DNA of 51,972 bases from an uncultured Microthrixaceae bacterium (GTDB lineage: Bacteria > Actinomycetota > Acidimicrobiia > Acidimicrobiales > DATDAH01), in NCBI GenBank assembly GCA_964470715.1, contig CAYYDZ010000005.1, positions 1-51,972 of the forward strand, read 5' to 3'. Below the pieces are notes generated by a model, which worked only from the letters and a program-made list of their open reading frames with translations, made no database searches and was not told where the DNA came from. Positions 8,582-17,884 of the stretch are shown one piece after another. Made by a program: the position numbers and the translations under genes. Position 1 is the first letter of the stretch; every line of letters starts with the position of its first letter.

Positions 8582-9931
8582 CTACTCCTCGGGCGCCGAG
8601 GGGAACTCGTCGACGTTGCGCAGGGCCGGGAAGAAGATCCACCACCCGGCGGAGATGAGCACGGTGGCGATGCCGCCGAGCACCACCGCGCCGCCGGCGC
8701 CGAGGAACTGGCCGGCCACGCCCGACTCGAAGGCGCCGAGCTCGTTCGAGCCGCCGATGAAGACGTTCTCGACCGCCAACACCCGGCCCCGCTTGTCGCG
8801 TGGCGTCACGAGGGGCACCAGGGTGGCCCGGATGAACACGCTCACCGCGTCGGCGCCCGACAGCACCAGCATGGCGATGAAGGCGACGGCGTAGGTCGTG
8901 GTGGCGCCGAGGACGATGGTGCCGAGCCCGAAGATGGCGACGACCACCAGCAGGATGCGGCCCACGTTGCGGGTGAGGGGGTGGCGGGCCAAGCGCAAGG
9001 TCACCGCGCCGGCGCCGATGCCGCCGGCGGCGCGCAGCCACCCGAGGCCGACCGGGCCCACCCCCAGCCGGGTCTCGGCGAGGGCCGGCAGGAGGGCGAT
9101 GGCGCCGCCGAAGAGCACCGCGAACAGGTCGAGGGAGATGGCGCCGAGCAGCACCGGCGTCCGGCGGATGAAGCGCAGGCCCTCGAGGGCCTCGTGGCCC
9201 ATCCGGGTCGGCGCAACGGTCGCCGCGGGCGCTTCGAGGGCCTCGACCACGGCGGCGTCGACCGTCTCGTCGAGGAGCGGCGCGCCTCGGAGCATCGTCT
9301 CCTGGGCCTCGGCGGCCTCCGAGACCGGGTGGTGCGCCTCCGGGCGCAGGCGCACGAGGCTCACCGAGATGGCGGCGGTGATGAGCAGGACGGCCATGGC
9401 CACGTAGGGCAGGGCCACGTCGATGGCGTAGAGCGTGCCGCCGAGCACGGGGCCGAAGATGATGGCGACCTGCCAGGTCGCGGAGTGGCGGGCGGTGAGC
9501 CAGGGCAGGTCCTCGGGGGTCATCAGGTCGGCGGGCAGCGAACGGGACGTCGGGGCCACGAAGGCTCGCGCGGTGCCGAAGGCGACCACCATGACGAAGA
9601 TCGGCGCGACGGCGGTCGGATCCGAGGCGGCGTACCAGGCCAGGGTGATGGCCACGGCGCCCTCGGCCAGTGCGCCCATCGCGGTCACGCGTCGGCGGTC
9701 GTAGCGGTCGGCCACCGATCCGGTGACGAGGACGAGCAGCAGCGCAGGGGCGAACTCGGCGAGGCCGAGGAGGCCGAGGTCGATCTCCCGTCCGGTCAGG
9801 TCGAACACCTGGATACCGAGCGCCGTCACGCCCGCGAAGGCCGCCGACGAGGCGCAGAACACGCTCAGGAGGAGCGCGGTGACCGACCGGTCCCAGCGGG
9901 CGCCCGTCGCCTCGGTCGTCGGTTCCGTCAC
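8582..9931 (-). CDS. MFS transporter
   Basis: About 12 hydrophobic segments; motif A-like GSVADRYDRRR. Confidence 0.9.
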   Translation of the reverse strand: MTEPTTEATGARWDRSVTALLLSVFCASSAAFAGVTALGIQVFDLTGREIDLGLLGLAEFAPALLLVLVTGSVADRYDRRRVTAMGALAEGAVAITLAWYAASDPTAVAPIFVMVVAFGTARAFVAPTSRSLPADLMTPEDLPWLTARHSATWQVAIIFGPVLGGTLYAIDVALPYVAMAVLLITAAISVSLVRLRPEAHHPVSEAAEAQETMLRGAPLLDETVDAAVVEALEAPAATVAPTRMGHEALEGLRFIRRTPVLLGAISLDLFAVLFGGAIALLPALAETRLGVGPVGLGWLRAAGGIGAGAVTLRLARHPLTRNVGRILLVVVAIFGLGTIVLGATTTYAVAFIAMLVLSGADAVSVFIRATLVPLVTPRDKRGRVLAVENVFIGGSNELGAFESGVAGQFLGAGGAVVLGGIATVLISAGWWIFFPALRNVDEFPSAPEE

Positions 9932-10070
9932 CGGCGCATCATGGCGGGAGCGCCTCGGCACGGCGAATCCCTTTCACCGCTCAGCTCGTACCGGCGCCCG
10001 ATGTGCTGGCCCTGACCAGTAGATCAGGCGCCAGAACACCGGCTGCGGCCGTCGACCTAGCGTGACGGCC

Positions 10071-10865
10071 GTGCCCACCGCCGCCGTGAACGGGATCGAG
10101 CTCTACTACGAGCAGCGGGGGAGTGGCCCCCGAGTGCTCTTCGTGAACGGCTCCGGCTCGAGCCTCGCGGAGGCCGGCCTCATGGTCGACGTGCTCGCCG
10201 GCGGCTGCGAGGTGCTGGCCCACGACCAGCGTGGGCTCGGGAAGACCACCATCCCGCCGGGGCCGTACACGATGGCGGACTACGCCGCCGATGCCGCCGC
10301 CCTGCTCGACCACGTCGGCTGGGCCCACTGTTCGGTGGTCGGCATCAGCTTCGGCGGCATGGTCGCCCAGGAGCTGGCGGTCACGTGGCCCGACCGGGTC
10401 GAGCGCCTCGCCCTGCTGTGCACCTCGCCCGGTGGCGCCGGCGGGCCCTCGTACCCGCTGCACGAGCTGGGGGACCTGCCGGCCGCCGAGCAGGCCGCCA
10501 TCGGTCTCGCCATCCTCGACACCCGCTTCACGCCGGAATGGCTGGCGTCACACCCGAGCGACCAGGCCCTCGTCGAGATGATGGTGGCGCGCCGCTCCCA
10601 GCCCGACGATCCGGAACGGGCCCGGGGCAAGGCCGAGCAGCTGGGCGCCCGGGCCCACCACGACGTCTGGGACCGCCTCGACCGCATCTCGTGCCCGACC
10701 CTGGTGGCTGGCGGCCGCTACGACGGCATCGCCCCGCCGGCCAACAGCGAGGCCATCGCCTCACGCATCGCCGGCGCCGACCTCCGCTTCTACCAGGGCG
10801 GTCACGCCTTCCTGGCCCAGGACCCGACGGCCTTCCCCGACGTCCTGACCTTTCTCACAGACTGA
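10071..10865 (+). CDS. Alpha/beta hydrolase (PcaD-like)
   Basis: GISFGG nucleophile elbow, HDQRGLG, GGH; GTG lies 7 nt after -10 TAGCGT. Confidence 0.9.
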   Translation: MPTAAVNGIELYYEQRGSGPRVLFVNGSGSSLAEAGLMVDVLAGGCEVLAHDQRGLGKTTIPPGPYTMADYAADAAALLDHVGWAHCSVVGISFGGMVAQELAVTWPDRVERLALLCTSPGGAGGPSYPLHELGDLPAAEQAAIGLAILDTRFTPEWLASHPSDQALVEMMVARRSQPDDPERARGKAEQLGARAHHDVWDRLDRISCPTLVAGGRYDGIAPPANSEAIASRIAGADLRFYQGGHAFLAQDPTAFPDVLTFLTD

Positions 10866-10990
10866 TCTCGCCGCTGAGCCTGATCAGGGCCACGTTCGGC
10901 GGCGCCAGGAAGCGCACCTGGGGCGCCCCCTGCTGCTCGTGGCCCACGCCGTGGCTCACGTACACGGGCGTTCGGCCCACGTCGCCGTCG
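10855..10990 (-). pseudogene. 3' remnant resembling a metallophosphoesterase (YkuE/YaeI-like) C-terminus
   Basis: Minus-strand translation DGDVGRTPVYVSHGVGHEQQGAPQVRFLAPPNVALIRLSGEISL* resembles the YVSRGxG...RFxxPPE ending of that family. No matching N-terminal part is present; the upstream DNA is the DMT gene. Confidence 0.5.
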
Positions 10991-11896
10991 TCAGACGGGG
11001 GCGACGGCGGCTTCGGCGTCGAGCTCGGTCATGCCGGGCTCGTCGCGTCGGCCGGCCAGCCAGCAACCGGCCAGCACCACGGGGAAGCCGAGGACCAGGC
11101 CGACCGTCAGGCTCTCGCCGAGCACGATGACCCCCAGGGTGACCGCCACCGCGGGGTTGGCGAAGGTGATGAGCGTCGAGCGGGCGGGCCCGACCTCGTC
11201 GATGAGGGCGAAGAACACCACGAAGGCGATGGCCGTGCAGAGCACCCCTAAGGCGAGCAGCGACCACAGCGCATCTGCGGGCGGGGTCGCGTCGGGACGC
11301 TGGACGATCGCCGCCGGCAGGTAGAGGAACGCCACCCCGCCGATGGCGGCGGTGACCACACCGAGCGTCGGCACGTCGGACAGGCGGCGGTCGGCCACGA
11401 AGGGGGCGGTGGCGTACAGGACGGCCACGATGAGCACCTGGACGACGCTGCGCGCGTCCACCGTGCCGCCGTCGCCGCCGAAGCTCACGAGCAGGCCGAC
11501 GCCGGCCATGCCGAGGGCGAGGCCCATCAGCCGCCGCGGGGCCAGGACCGACCGGTCGCCGAGCACCAGCGCGGCGATGGCGCCGAAGAGCGGGACGGTG
11601 GCGACGAGGAGCCCGGTGAGCGAGGACGGCAGGCGCTGCTCGGCGTCGGTGAGGAGCAGCCAGGGGATGGCCATCTCCATGGTGGCGAACAGCACGAGCC
11701 ACGGCCACCGGGCGAGGACGGGCCGGAGCGCCTTGCGGTGGAGCGCCACGGGCAGCAGCAGGACGAAGGCGATCATGGTGCGACCGGCGACCACCACGGT
11801 GGGGTCGAGGTCCTCCACTGCGATCTTGATGAAGAGGTAGGGGAGTCCCCAGATCACCGACATCGCGGTGAAGAGCAACCAGCCTCGACGTGACAT
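10991..11896 (-). CDS. DMT/EamA family transporter
   Basis: About 10 TM segments; MSVIWGLPYLFIKIA, PAVAVTLGVIVLGE. Confidence 0.92.
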   Translation of the reverse strand: MSRRGWLLFTAMSVIWGLPYLFIKIAVEDLDPTVVVAGRTMIAFVLLLPVALHRKALRPVLARWPWLVLFATMEMAIPWLLLTDAEQRLPSSLTGLLVATVPLFGAIAALVLGDRSVLAPRRLMGLALGMAGVGLLVSFGGDGGTVDARSVVQVLIVAVLYATAPFVADRRLSDVPTLGVVTAAIGGVAFLYLPAAIVQRPDATPPADALWSLLALGVLCTAIAFVVFFALIDEVGPARSTLITFANPAVAVTLGVIVLGESLTVGLVLGFPVVLAGCWLAGRRDEPGMTELDAEAAVAPV

Positions 11897-11902
11897 CGCC
11901 GG

Positions 11903-12538
11903 CTACCAGCGCTCGGCCGGCGCCGGCACGGTGACGTGGATCTCCTCGCCCAGTCGGGCGCCCGCGGACAGCTCGAGCTCGTCGCCGCTCCAGAAGCGTC
12001 CGGGGTCGTACCAGTTGACGGGGCGCTTGGCCTCGAGGAGGCCCATGCGCTGGTAGGTGAGGGCGACGAGCTCGGCACAGTAGATGTCCTCGAGGGGCAC
12101 CCCCCGCCGCACCCGTCCCAGCAGCCAGTGCTTGGCCAGGGTGCCGGTGTGCGGGAAGCGATGGCCGTCGAACTCGTTGACCACGCGCAGGATCTCGTCC
12201 TCCATCTCGCGCGTCACCTCGTGCTCGAGCTGGCGGAAGTACGGCGTCTGGCCGTACTTGTGCACCCACGTCATCACCGCGTCCTCGAGGCGGTGGAGCT
12301 GCGCACCCCGGTGGGGCTGGCCCGTCCAGGCGTCGGGGAGGGACTGGCCCAGCTCGGCGTGCCAGAGCAGTGGGGGGAGGTCATCGATGGTCACGGCCAT
12401 GGCCACGTGGTTCACCGGGCTGTTGGTGACGACCCGGATGGCGCGGTCCGCGGCCTTGCGGCCCCGGAAGAGCCAGAGGTCGCCCGTGGAGGTGACGTCG
12501 GCCGCCTCGGCGAGGGTGAGGGTCGTCGGGGCGGACAT
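11903..12538 (-). CDS. Permuted papain-like (NlpC/P60, YaeF/YiiX-like) enzyme
   Basis: TGDLWLFRG, His in NHVAM preceding Cys in IYCAELV (permuted order). Confidence 0.7.
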   Translation of the reverse strand: MSAPTTLTLAEAADVTSTGDLWLFRGRKAADRAIRVVTNSPVNHVAMAVTIDDLPPLLWHAELGQSLPDAWTGQPHRGAQLHRLEDAVMTWVHKYGQTPYFRQLEHEVTREMEDEILRVVNEFDGHRFPHTGTLAKHWLLGRVRRGVPLEDIYCAELVALTYQRMGLLEAKRPVNWYDPGRFWSGDELELSAGARLGEEIHVTVPAPAERW

Positions 12539-12557
12539 GACGGCTACGTTACGTGTC
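12539..12557. promoter_or_regulatory. Bidirectional leaderless promoter
   Basis: TACGTT (+, 12545-12550) and TAACGT (-, 12551-12546) each lie 7 nt before a start codon (GTG 12558; ATG 12538). Confidence 0.6.
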
Positions 12558-12722
12558 GTGCGCGTCTGGAAGCTCCTCGGGATCGCCGGCCTCGTCGGGG
12601 TGGCCGCCACCGGCTACGTGCTGGTGCGGCGGCGTCGGGCGTGGCGCCACTACGACGCCGACGAGCTGCGCGATCGCCTCCAGGCCCGCCTCGCCGAGGC
12701 CGACGGCCGCACCGCGGCCTGA
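12558..12722 (+). CDS. Small single-pass membrane protein (54 aa)
   Basis: MRVWKLLGIAGLVGVAATGYVLVRRRRAWRHYDADELRDRLQARLAEA; one TM segment followed by a basic patch. Confidence 0.7.
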   Translation: MRVWKLLGIAGLVGVAATGYVLVRRRRAWRHYDADELRDRLQARLAEADGRTAA

Positions 12723-12725
12723 CCC

Positions 12726-13697
12726 CTAGAACCAGCCCCGCCGCTTCAACAGCACCAGCACGGCGGCCACGCTCATCGCCTGGAGGCCGATGCCCAGGGT
12801 CAGGAAGGGCACCGACCCCTCGACGTGGCGGACCATCCAGGCGAAGTTCATGCCGAAGAACCCGGTCAGGAACATGAGGGGGAGGAAGAACGTCGAGACC
12901 GCGGTGAGCTGCTTCATGACGTCGTTCTGCTTGTTGTTCACCGTCGTGAGGTAGACGTCCATCACCGAGGCGGCGTGCTCGCGCTCGCTGTCGACCTGCT
13001 CGGCCACGTGGACCAGGTGGTCGTAGAGGTCGCGGAAGTAGCGCCGGGCCTCGTCGCTCATCCCCGGCAGCTCCTCGATGGCGAGGCTGGTGCCGCCACC
13101 CAGCGTGTCGCGTCCGGGGATGACCGCCCGACGCAGGTGGCTGAGCTGACGCTTGAGGGTGGTGAGGACCGACATGTGGCTGGGGTCGGGGTCGGCGAGG
13201 ATGGCGTCCTCGAGCTCGACCAGGCGCTCGTCGATCTCGTCGAGCACCGGCGGGAAGCTCGACGCCAGCGAGTCGAGCAGCCGGTACAGCAGGAACAGGC
13301 CGGGGGCGTCGAACTCGTGGTCGAAGCCCTTGGCCAGCCACTCCTCGATGGCGGGGCAGGGGTCCCGGTGGATGGTGACCACGACCCCGGGTCGGTAGTA
13401 GCAGTGCACCTCGGTGCGGTCGTGCTCGCTGTCGACGTTGGCGGCGAAGGCGACGACGAAGGCGTGGTCCCCGTAGACCACCAACTTCGCCCGCTGCGAG
13501 AAGCGCTGGCTGTCGTCGATGGCGAGGCGGTGGAACGAGAAGAGCTCGCCCAGGCGTTCGATGTCCTCGTCGGCCGGTGCCTGGAGGTCGAGCCAGATGG
13601 TGGTGCCGGCGTCGTGGTGCTGGGCGATCACCTCCCACGACGGGTCGACCTCGGTCCCGCCGGCATCGACGAGCGTGAACCGCGAGCCCGCTTCCAT
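12726..13697 (-). CDS. corA: CorA-family Mg2+/Co2+ transporter
   Basis: TGFFGMNF signature between two C-terminal TM helices. Confidence 0.93.
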   Translation of the reverse strand: MEAGSRFTLVDAGGTEVDPSWEVIAQHHDAGTTIWLDLQAPADEDIERLGELFSFHRLAIDDSQRFSQRAKLVVYGDHAFVVAFAANVDSEHDRTEVHCYYRPGVVVTIHRDPCPAIEEWLAKGFDHEFDAPGLFLLYRLLDSLASSFPPVLDEIDERLVELEDAILADPDPSHMSVLTTLKRQLSHLRRAVIPGRDTLGGGTSLAIEELPGMSDEARRYFRDLYDHLVHVAEQVDSEREHAASVMDVYLTTVNNKQNDVMKQLTAVSTFFLPLMFLTGFFGMNFAWMVRHVEGSVPFLTLGIGLQAMSVAAVLVLLKRRGWF

Positions 13698-13760
13698 GAC
13701 GTGATGGTGCCACGGACCTGGCTCCGGGAGCGGGCGAGAAGCGGAGGGGAGCGAGAAACT

Positions 13761-13781
13761 AGTTAGCTTGGTAAACTAACT
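13761..13781. promoter_or_regulatory. Palindromic operator over the marR -10 box
   Basis: AGTTAGCTT-GGT-AAACTAACT (8/9 pairs) overlapping TAAACT (13772-13777), which lies 7 nt before GTG 13785. Confidence 0.7.
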
Positions 13782-13784
13782 TCC

Positions 13785-14288
13785 GTGTCCACTCCCGCTG
13801 CCCTCCAGGACGACGTCGCCGACGCTCGCGGTCCCGGCAGCACCGACACCACCGAGCTGGCCGGCCAGCTGCGCGTGGTCGTCGCCCGCCTCGCCCGCAT
13901 CCTGCGCCAGCAGGACCAGAGCGGCATGCCGCCGACCCTGCTGGCCGCGCTCACCACCGTGGGCCGGGCCGGGCCGCTCACCTTCGGCGAGCTGGCCGCC
14001 CACGAGCAGGTCGCGGCGCCGACCATCACCAAAGCCGTGCAGAAGCTCGAAGCCAAGGGCCTGGTGGCCCGCCGCCCCGATCCCGACGACGGTCGGGTCT
14101 GTCGCGTGGCGATCACCGCCGCCGGTCGTCGCCACCTCGAGCGGGCCCGCCGCCGGCGCACCGCCTGGCTGGCCACCCGCCTGACCGACCTCGACGAGGA
14201 CGACGTCCGCCGTCTGGCCGACGCCGTCGACGTCCTGGAGGCGCTCACCAACGCCGAGGCACCCGCCTCTGGAAGACCCGCCTCATGA
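13785..14288 (+). CDS. MarR-family transcriptional regulator
   Basis: LAAHEQVAAPTITKAVQKLEAKGLVARRPDPDDGR winged HTH. Confidence 0.93.
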   Translation: MSTPAALQDDVADARGPGSTDTTELAGQLRVVVARLARILRQQDQSGMPPTLLAALTTVGRAGPLTFGELAAHEQVAAPTITKAVQKLEAKGLVARRPDPDDGRVCRVAITAAGRRHLERARRRRTAWLATRLTDLDEDDVRRLADAVDVLEALTNAEAPASGRPAS

Positions 14289-15550
14289 CCCGATTCGAGC
14301 TCGCCACGCGCGAGACCTTCAGCTCACTGTCCATCCGCAACTTCCGGCTCTTCTTCATCGGCCAGGGCATCTCCCAGGTGGGCAACTGGCTCACCCTGGT
14401 GGCCCAGAGCCTGCTCGTCCTGTCCCTCACCCGCAGCGGTGTCGCCCTGGGGCTGCTCGCGGCCTGTCAGTTCGGTCCGGTGCTGCTGCTCGGTGCCTGG
14501 GCCGGCCTGATCGCCGACCGCTCCGACAAGCGCAAGCTCCTGATGATCGTGCAGGTCGGGGCCATGGCCCAGTCCTTCGTGCTCGCCGCCCTCGCCTTCA
14601 TGGACCAGCCGCCGCTGGTCGCCATCTACGCCGTTGCGTCGCTGGGCGGCCTGGCCATGGCCTTCGACAACCCCGCCCGCCGCGCCTTCGTGGTCGAGAT
14701 GGTGCCCGAGGAGTCGGTCCCCAACGCCGTGGGTCTCAACTCCGCGGTGATGACCAGCTCGCGCATCATCGGGCCGGCCCTCGCCGGACTGCTCACCGTG
14801 ACCGTCGGCTTCGGCTGGGCCTTCGTGGTCGACGGGGTCTCCTACCTCGCCGTGCTCGTGGCCCTCGCGATGATGCGGACGGCCGAGCTGCGTCCGAGCG
14901 TCGTGGCCGAGCGGGCCAAAGGACAGGTGCGCGAGGGCCTGCGCTACGCCCGCCGGGCCCCCGACCTCTTCATCCCCCTGGTGATGATGGGCGTGATCGG
15001 CGCCCTGGCCTTCAACTTCCAGGTCGTCCTGCCGCTCTTCGTCACCCGCACCTTCGACGGTGCCCCCTCGACCTTCACCCTGTTGCTGTCGTCCATGTCG
15101 GTCGGCTCACTGGTCGGCGCCCTGGTCGGCGCCCGCCGCACGGAGGTCGAGACGCCCCACGTCGTCGTGTCGGCGGCGTTCTTCGGCCTGGCCATGCTGG
15201 CGCTGGCCCTGTCGCCGGTGCTCTGGATCGCCTTCCCGATCGGGTTCCTGGTCGGCGTCGCCAGCATCACCTTCCTGACCACCTCGACGGCCATCGTCCA
15301 GATGAAGTCGGACCCCTCCATGCGGGGCCGGGTCCTGGCGCTCCAGGCCATCCTCTTCCTGGGCAGCACACCCATCGGGGGCCCCATCCTCGGCGTGGTC
15401 TGCGACCTCTTCGGTGCCCGCGCCGGCCTTGCCCTCGGCGGGTTCGGCGCCCTCGGTGCCGCTGCCTGGGGCCGCCTCGCCCACCAGCGGGCCAGCGAGG
15501 TCGCACCCGACACCGACCTCCTCGTCGCCACCGAGCCGCAACCGGCCTGA
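14285..15550 (+). CDS. MFS transporter (DUF894/MFS_3-like)
   Basis: RNFRLFFIGQGISQVG, GLIADRSDKRK, FDNPARRAF; overlaps the marR stop. Confidence 0.92.
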   Translation: MTRFELATRETFSSLSIRNFRLFFIGQGISQVGNWLTLVAQSLLVLSLTRSGVALGLLAACQFGPVLLLGAWAGLIADRSDKRKLLMIVQVGAMAQSFVLAALAFMDQPPLVAIYAVASLGGLAMAFDNPARRAFVVEMVPEESVPNAVGLNSAVMTSSRIIGPALAGLLTVTVGFGWAFVVDGVSYLAVLVALAMMRTAELRPSVVAERAKGQVREGLRYARRAPDLFIPLVMMGVIGALAFNFQVVLPLFVTRTFDGAPSTFTLLLSSMSVGSLVGALVGARRTEVETPHVVVSAAFFGLAMLALALSPVLWIAFPIGFLVGVASITFLTTSTAIVQMKSDPSMRGRVLALQAILFLGSTPIGGPILGVVCDLFGARAGLALGGFGALGAAAWGRLAHQRASEVAPDTDLLVATEPQPA

Positions 15551-15613
15551 CCGTCGTGCCGGCGCGGTCGCCGGCTGGCTTAGGCTCCTGGCCCACACGA
15601 CAACGGGGGGACC

Positions 15614-16048
15614 GTGAGCACAGCGCTGTCACACGTGGGGGTCTGCGTGAGCGACGTCGAGCGATCGACGCGCTTCTACTGCGAGGCCCTGGGGTTCGAG
15701 GCGGCCGAGGCGTTCGACGTCGGCGACGAGTTCGGTCGCTTGATGGAGCTCGACTCCGTGCAGCTGCGTTCGCAATTCCTGCGCCGCGAGGGCCTGGCCA
15801 TCGAGCTGCTCTCGTTCTCGGTGCCGGAGCCGGGCGGGTCGAAGGAGCGCCGGCCGATGACCCAGTTCGGCCTCACCCACCTGTGCTTCCGGGTCGACGA
15901 CGTCGAAGCGGTGGCCGCCGCAGTGGTCGAGCACGGCGGCACGGTGCACGAGAACACCCGCACGACCCTGGCCGACGGGGTCCTCGACTTCGTGTACTGC
16001 TCGGACCCCGACGGGGTCCGCCTCGAGCTGATGAAGACGCCGTCGTGA
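15614..16048 (+). CDS. VOC/glyoxalase family protein
   Basis: SHVGVCVSDVERS, THLCFRVDD, DPDGVRLEL. Confidence 0.9.
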   Translation: MSTALSHVGVCVSDVERSTRFYCEALGFEAAEAFDVGDEFGRLMELDSVQLRSQFLRREGLAIELLSFSVPEPGGSKERRPMTQFGLTHLCFRVDDVEAVAAAVVEHGGTVHENTRTTLADGVLDFVYCSDPDGVRLELMKTPS

Positions 16049-17235
16049 GCGCCCCCCAGGTGGACTTGAGCACGCTCGACGCCGAGACGCTCATCGCCGA
16101 GGTGGTCGAGGCGACCGGCCTGGACGACTTCGGCGAGCCGTTCTGGCGCGAGGGGCTCGACCGGCTCCTCGACAGCCTGCGCACCGAGGCGCGCCTGCAC
16201 GAGCTCGGGGTGTTCGTGGCCGCCGACGATGCCCGCATGAACCTGACCAACCGCCTCGAGGTCACGGACTGGCACAAGCGCCACCCCGATATGGCCGAGC
16301 GCGACGTCACCCCGCCCATCGTCGTGGTCGGCCAGGGCCGTACCGGCACGACGATCCTCCTGGACCTTCTGGCGCAGGACCCCGCCCACCGGGTGCCCCT
16401 CACCTGGGAGGTCGACCAGCCCTGCCCGCCGCCCGAGACGGCCACCTACGCCACCGACCCCCGCATCGAGATCTCGCAGGCCAAGGGCGACGCCAGCGAG
16501 CTGCTCATCCCGGGCTTCCAGGCCATCCACCCCATGGGCGCCCTGCTGGCCCAGGAGTGCGTGCGCATCACCTGCGGTGACTTCCGCAGCCTGCTGTTCC
16601 CGACCCTGTTCCGGGTGCCGTCGTACGCCCGATGGCTGATCGACGAGGCCGACATGTCCTCGGCCTACCGCTGGCACCGCAAGGTGCTCCAGCTGCTCCA
16701 GTGGCACCACCCGGGGGAGCGCTGGGTGCTGAAGTCGCCGGGGCACATCTGGTGCCTCGACGCGCTGTTGGCGGAGTACCCGGACGCACTGCTCATCCAG
16801 ACCCACCGCGACCCGCTGCGCATCATCGCCTCATTGGGCTCGCTGCTGGCCACGTTGCGCCAGATGACGAGCGACCACCACGAGATCGCGGAGGCCGCCG
16901 AGGAGTGGGCCGAGTACGTGATCGAGGGCCTCGATCGCTCGGTCACCGCCCGCGAGGACGCCACGGTGGCGCCGGACCGCATCGTCGACATCCAGTTCCG
17001 CGACTTCATGGCCGACCCCTTCGGCGCCATCGGGGGCATCTACGACCGCTTCGGCATGGAGTACACCGCCGAGGCGGAGGTGGCCATGCGCGAGTTCCTC
17101 GCCGCCCACCCCGGCGACGGCTACGGCACCCACAAGTACTCCTTCGCCGACACGGGCCTCGATGAAGGCGCCCTGCGAGAGCGGGCCCGGCGCTACCAGG
17201 AGTACTTCGACGTCCCCTCGGAGAACCTGGGCTGA
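16045..17235 (+). CDS. Sulfotransferase (mycobacterial Stf-like)
   Basis: 5'-PSB loop GQGRTGTT, WVLKSPGH, QTHRDP; GTGA overlap with the VOC gene. Confidence 0.9.
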   Translation: MSAPQVDLSTLDAETLIAEVVEATGLDDFGEPFWREGLDRLLDSLRTEARLHELGVFVAADDARMNLTNRLEVTDWHKRHPDMAERDVTPPIVVVGQGRTGTTILLDLLAQDPAHRVPLTWEVDQPCPPPETATYATDPRIEISQAKGDASELLIPGFQAIHPMGALLAQECVRITCGDFRSLLFPTLFRVPSYARWLIDEADMSSAYRWHRKVLQLLQWHHPGERWVLKSPGHIWCLDALLAEYPDALLIQTHRDPLRIIASLGSLLATLRQMTSDHHEIAEAAEEWAEYVIEGLDRSVTAREDATVAPDRIVDIQFRDFMADPFGAIGGIYDRFGMEYTAEAEVAMREFLAAHPGDGYGTHKYSFADTGLDEGALRERARRYQEYFDVPSENLG

Positions 17236-17288
17236 CTTGCCAGCCTCCGAGTCGTAGTATTCGGCCAGACAACTGAGAGGAGTTGGTC

Positions 17289-17849
17289 ATGGGCAAGCGC
17301 ATCGTGGCCGTACTCACCATCGTCGCCCTGGGCCTCCTGGCCACCTCGGCCGCACAGGCGTCACCCACGGGCGTGACGCCGCCGCCCGAGGCCTACTGCG
17401 GCATCACTTGGGGCAGCGGCGCCAAGGCGGCTGGCCCCAGCACCAGTCCGTTCTCGCCGCTGACCGACATCCGCACGGGCCGCCACGCGTGCTACGACCG
17501 CATGGTCTTCGACTTCGAAGGACCGGCGGCGGGCTACCGCGTGCAGTACGTCAACCACGTCTACACGGTGGCCCGGGGTGCCCTGCTCCCGCTCGGAGGG
17601 GGCGCCCGCCTCGAAATCGTGCTGCGTGCACCCGCCAACGACGTGCACGGTCACGCCACCTACGATGGCGTCGAGGGCGCTCGGCTGCCACGGGTCGACC
17701 TCGCCGGCTACCGGACGTTCCGCAATGCCCGCTACGGGGGCAGTTTCGAAGGTGTGACCATCATCGGGCTGTCCACCCGTGCCCGCCTGCCGTTCCGGGT
17801 GGTCAAGCTCGACCACCGGCTGGTCCTGGACGTCGCCCACCAGTGGTGA
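17289..17849 (+). CDS. Secreted AMIN-like domain protein
   Basis: Signal peptide ending AQA; CYDRMVFDF, GGSFEG, RLVLDVAH. Confidence 0.7.
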   Translation: MGKRIVAVLTIVALGLLATSAAQASPTGVTPPPEAYCGITWGSGAKAAGPSTSPFSPLTDIRTGRHACYDRMVFDFEGPAAGYRVQYVNHVYTVARGALLPLGGGARLEIVLRAPANDVHGHATYDGVEGARLPRVDLAGYRTFRNARYGGSFEGVTIIGLSTRARLPFRVVKLDHRLVLDVAHQW

Positions 17850-17884
17850 GAGGGCAGCTCGGGAATCGCCGGTCCCTTCGGTGA

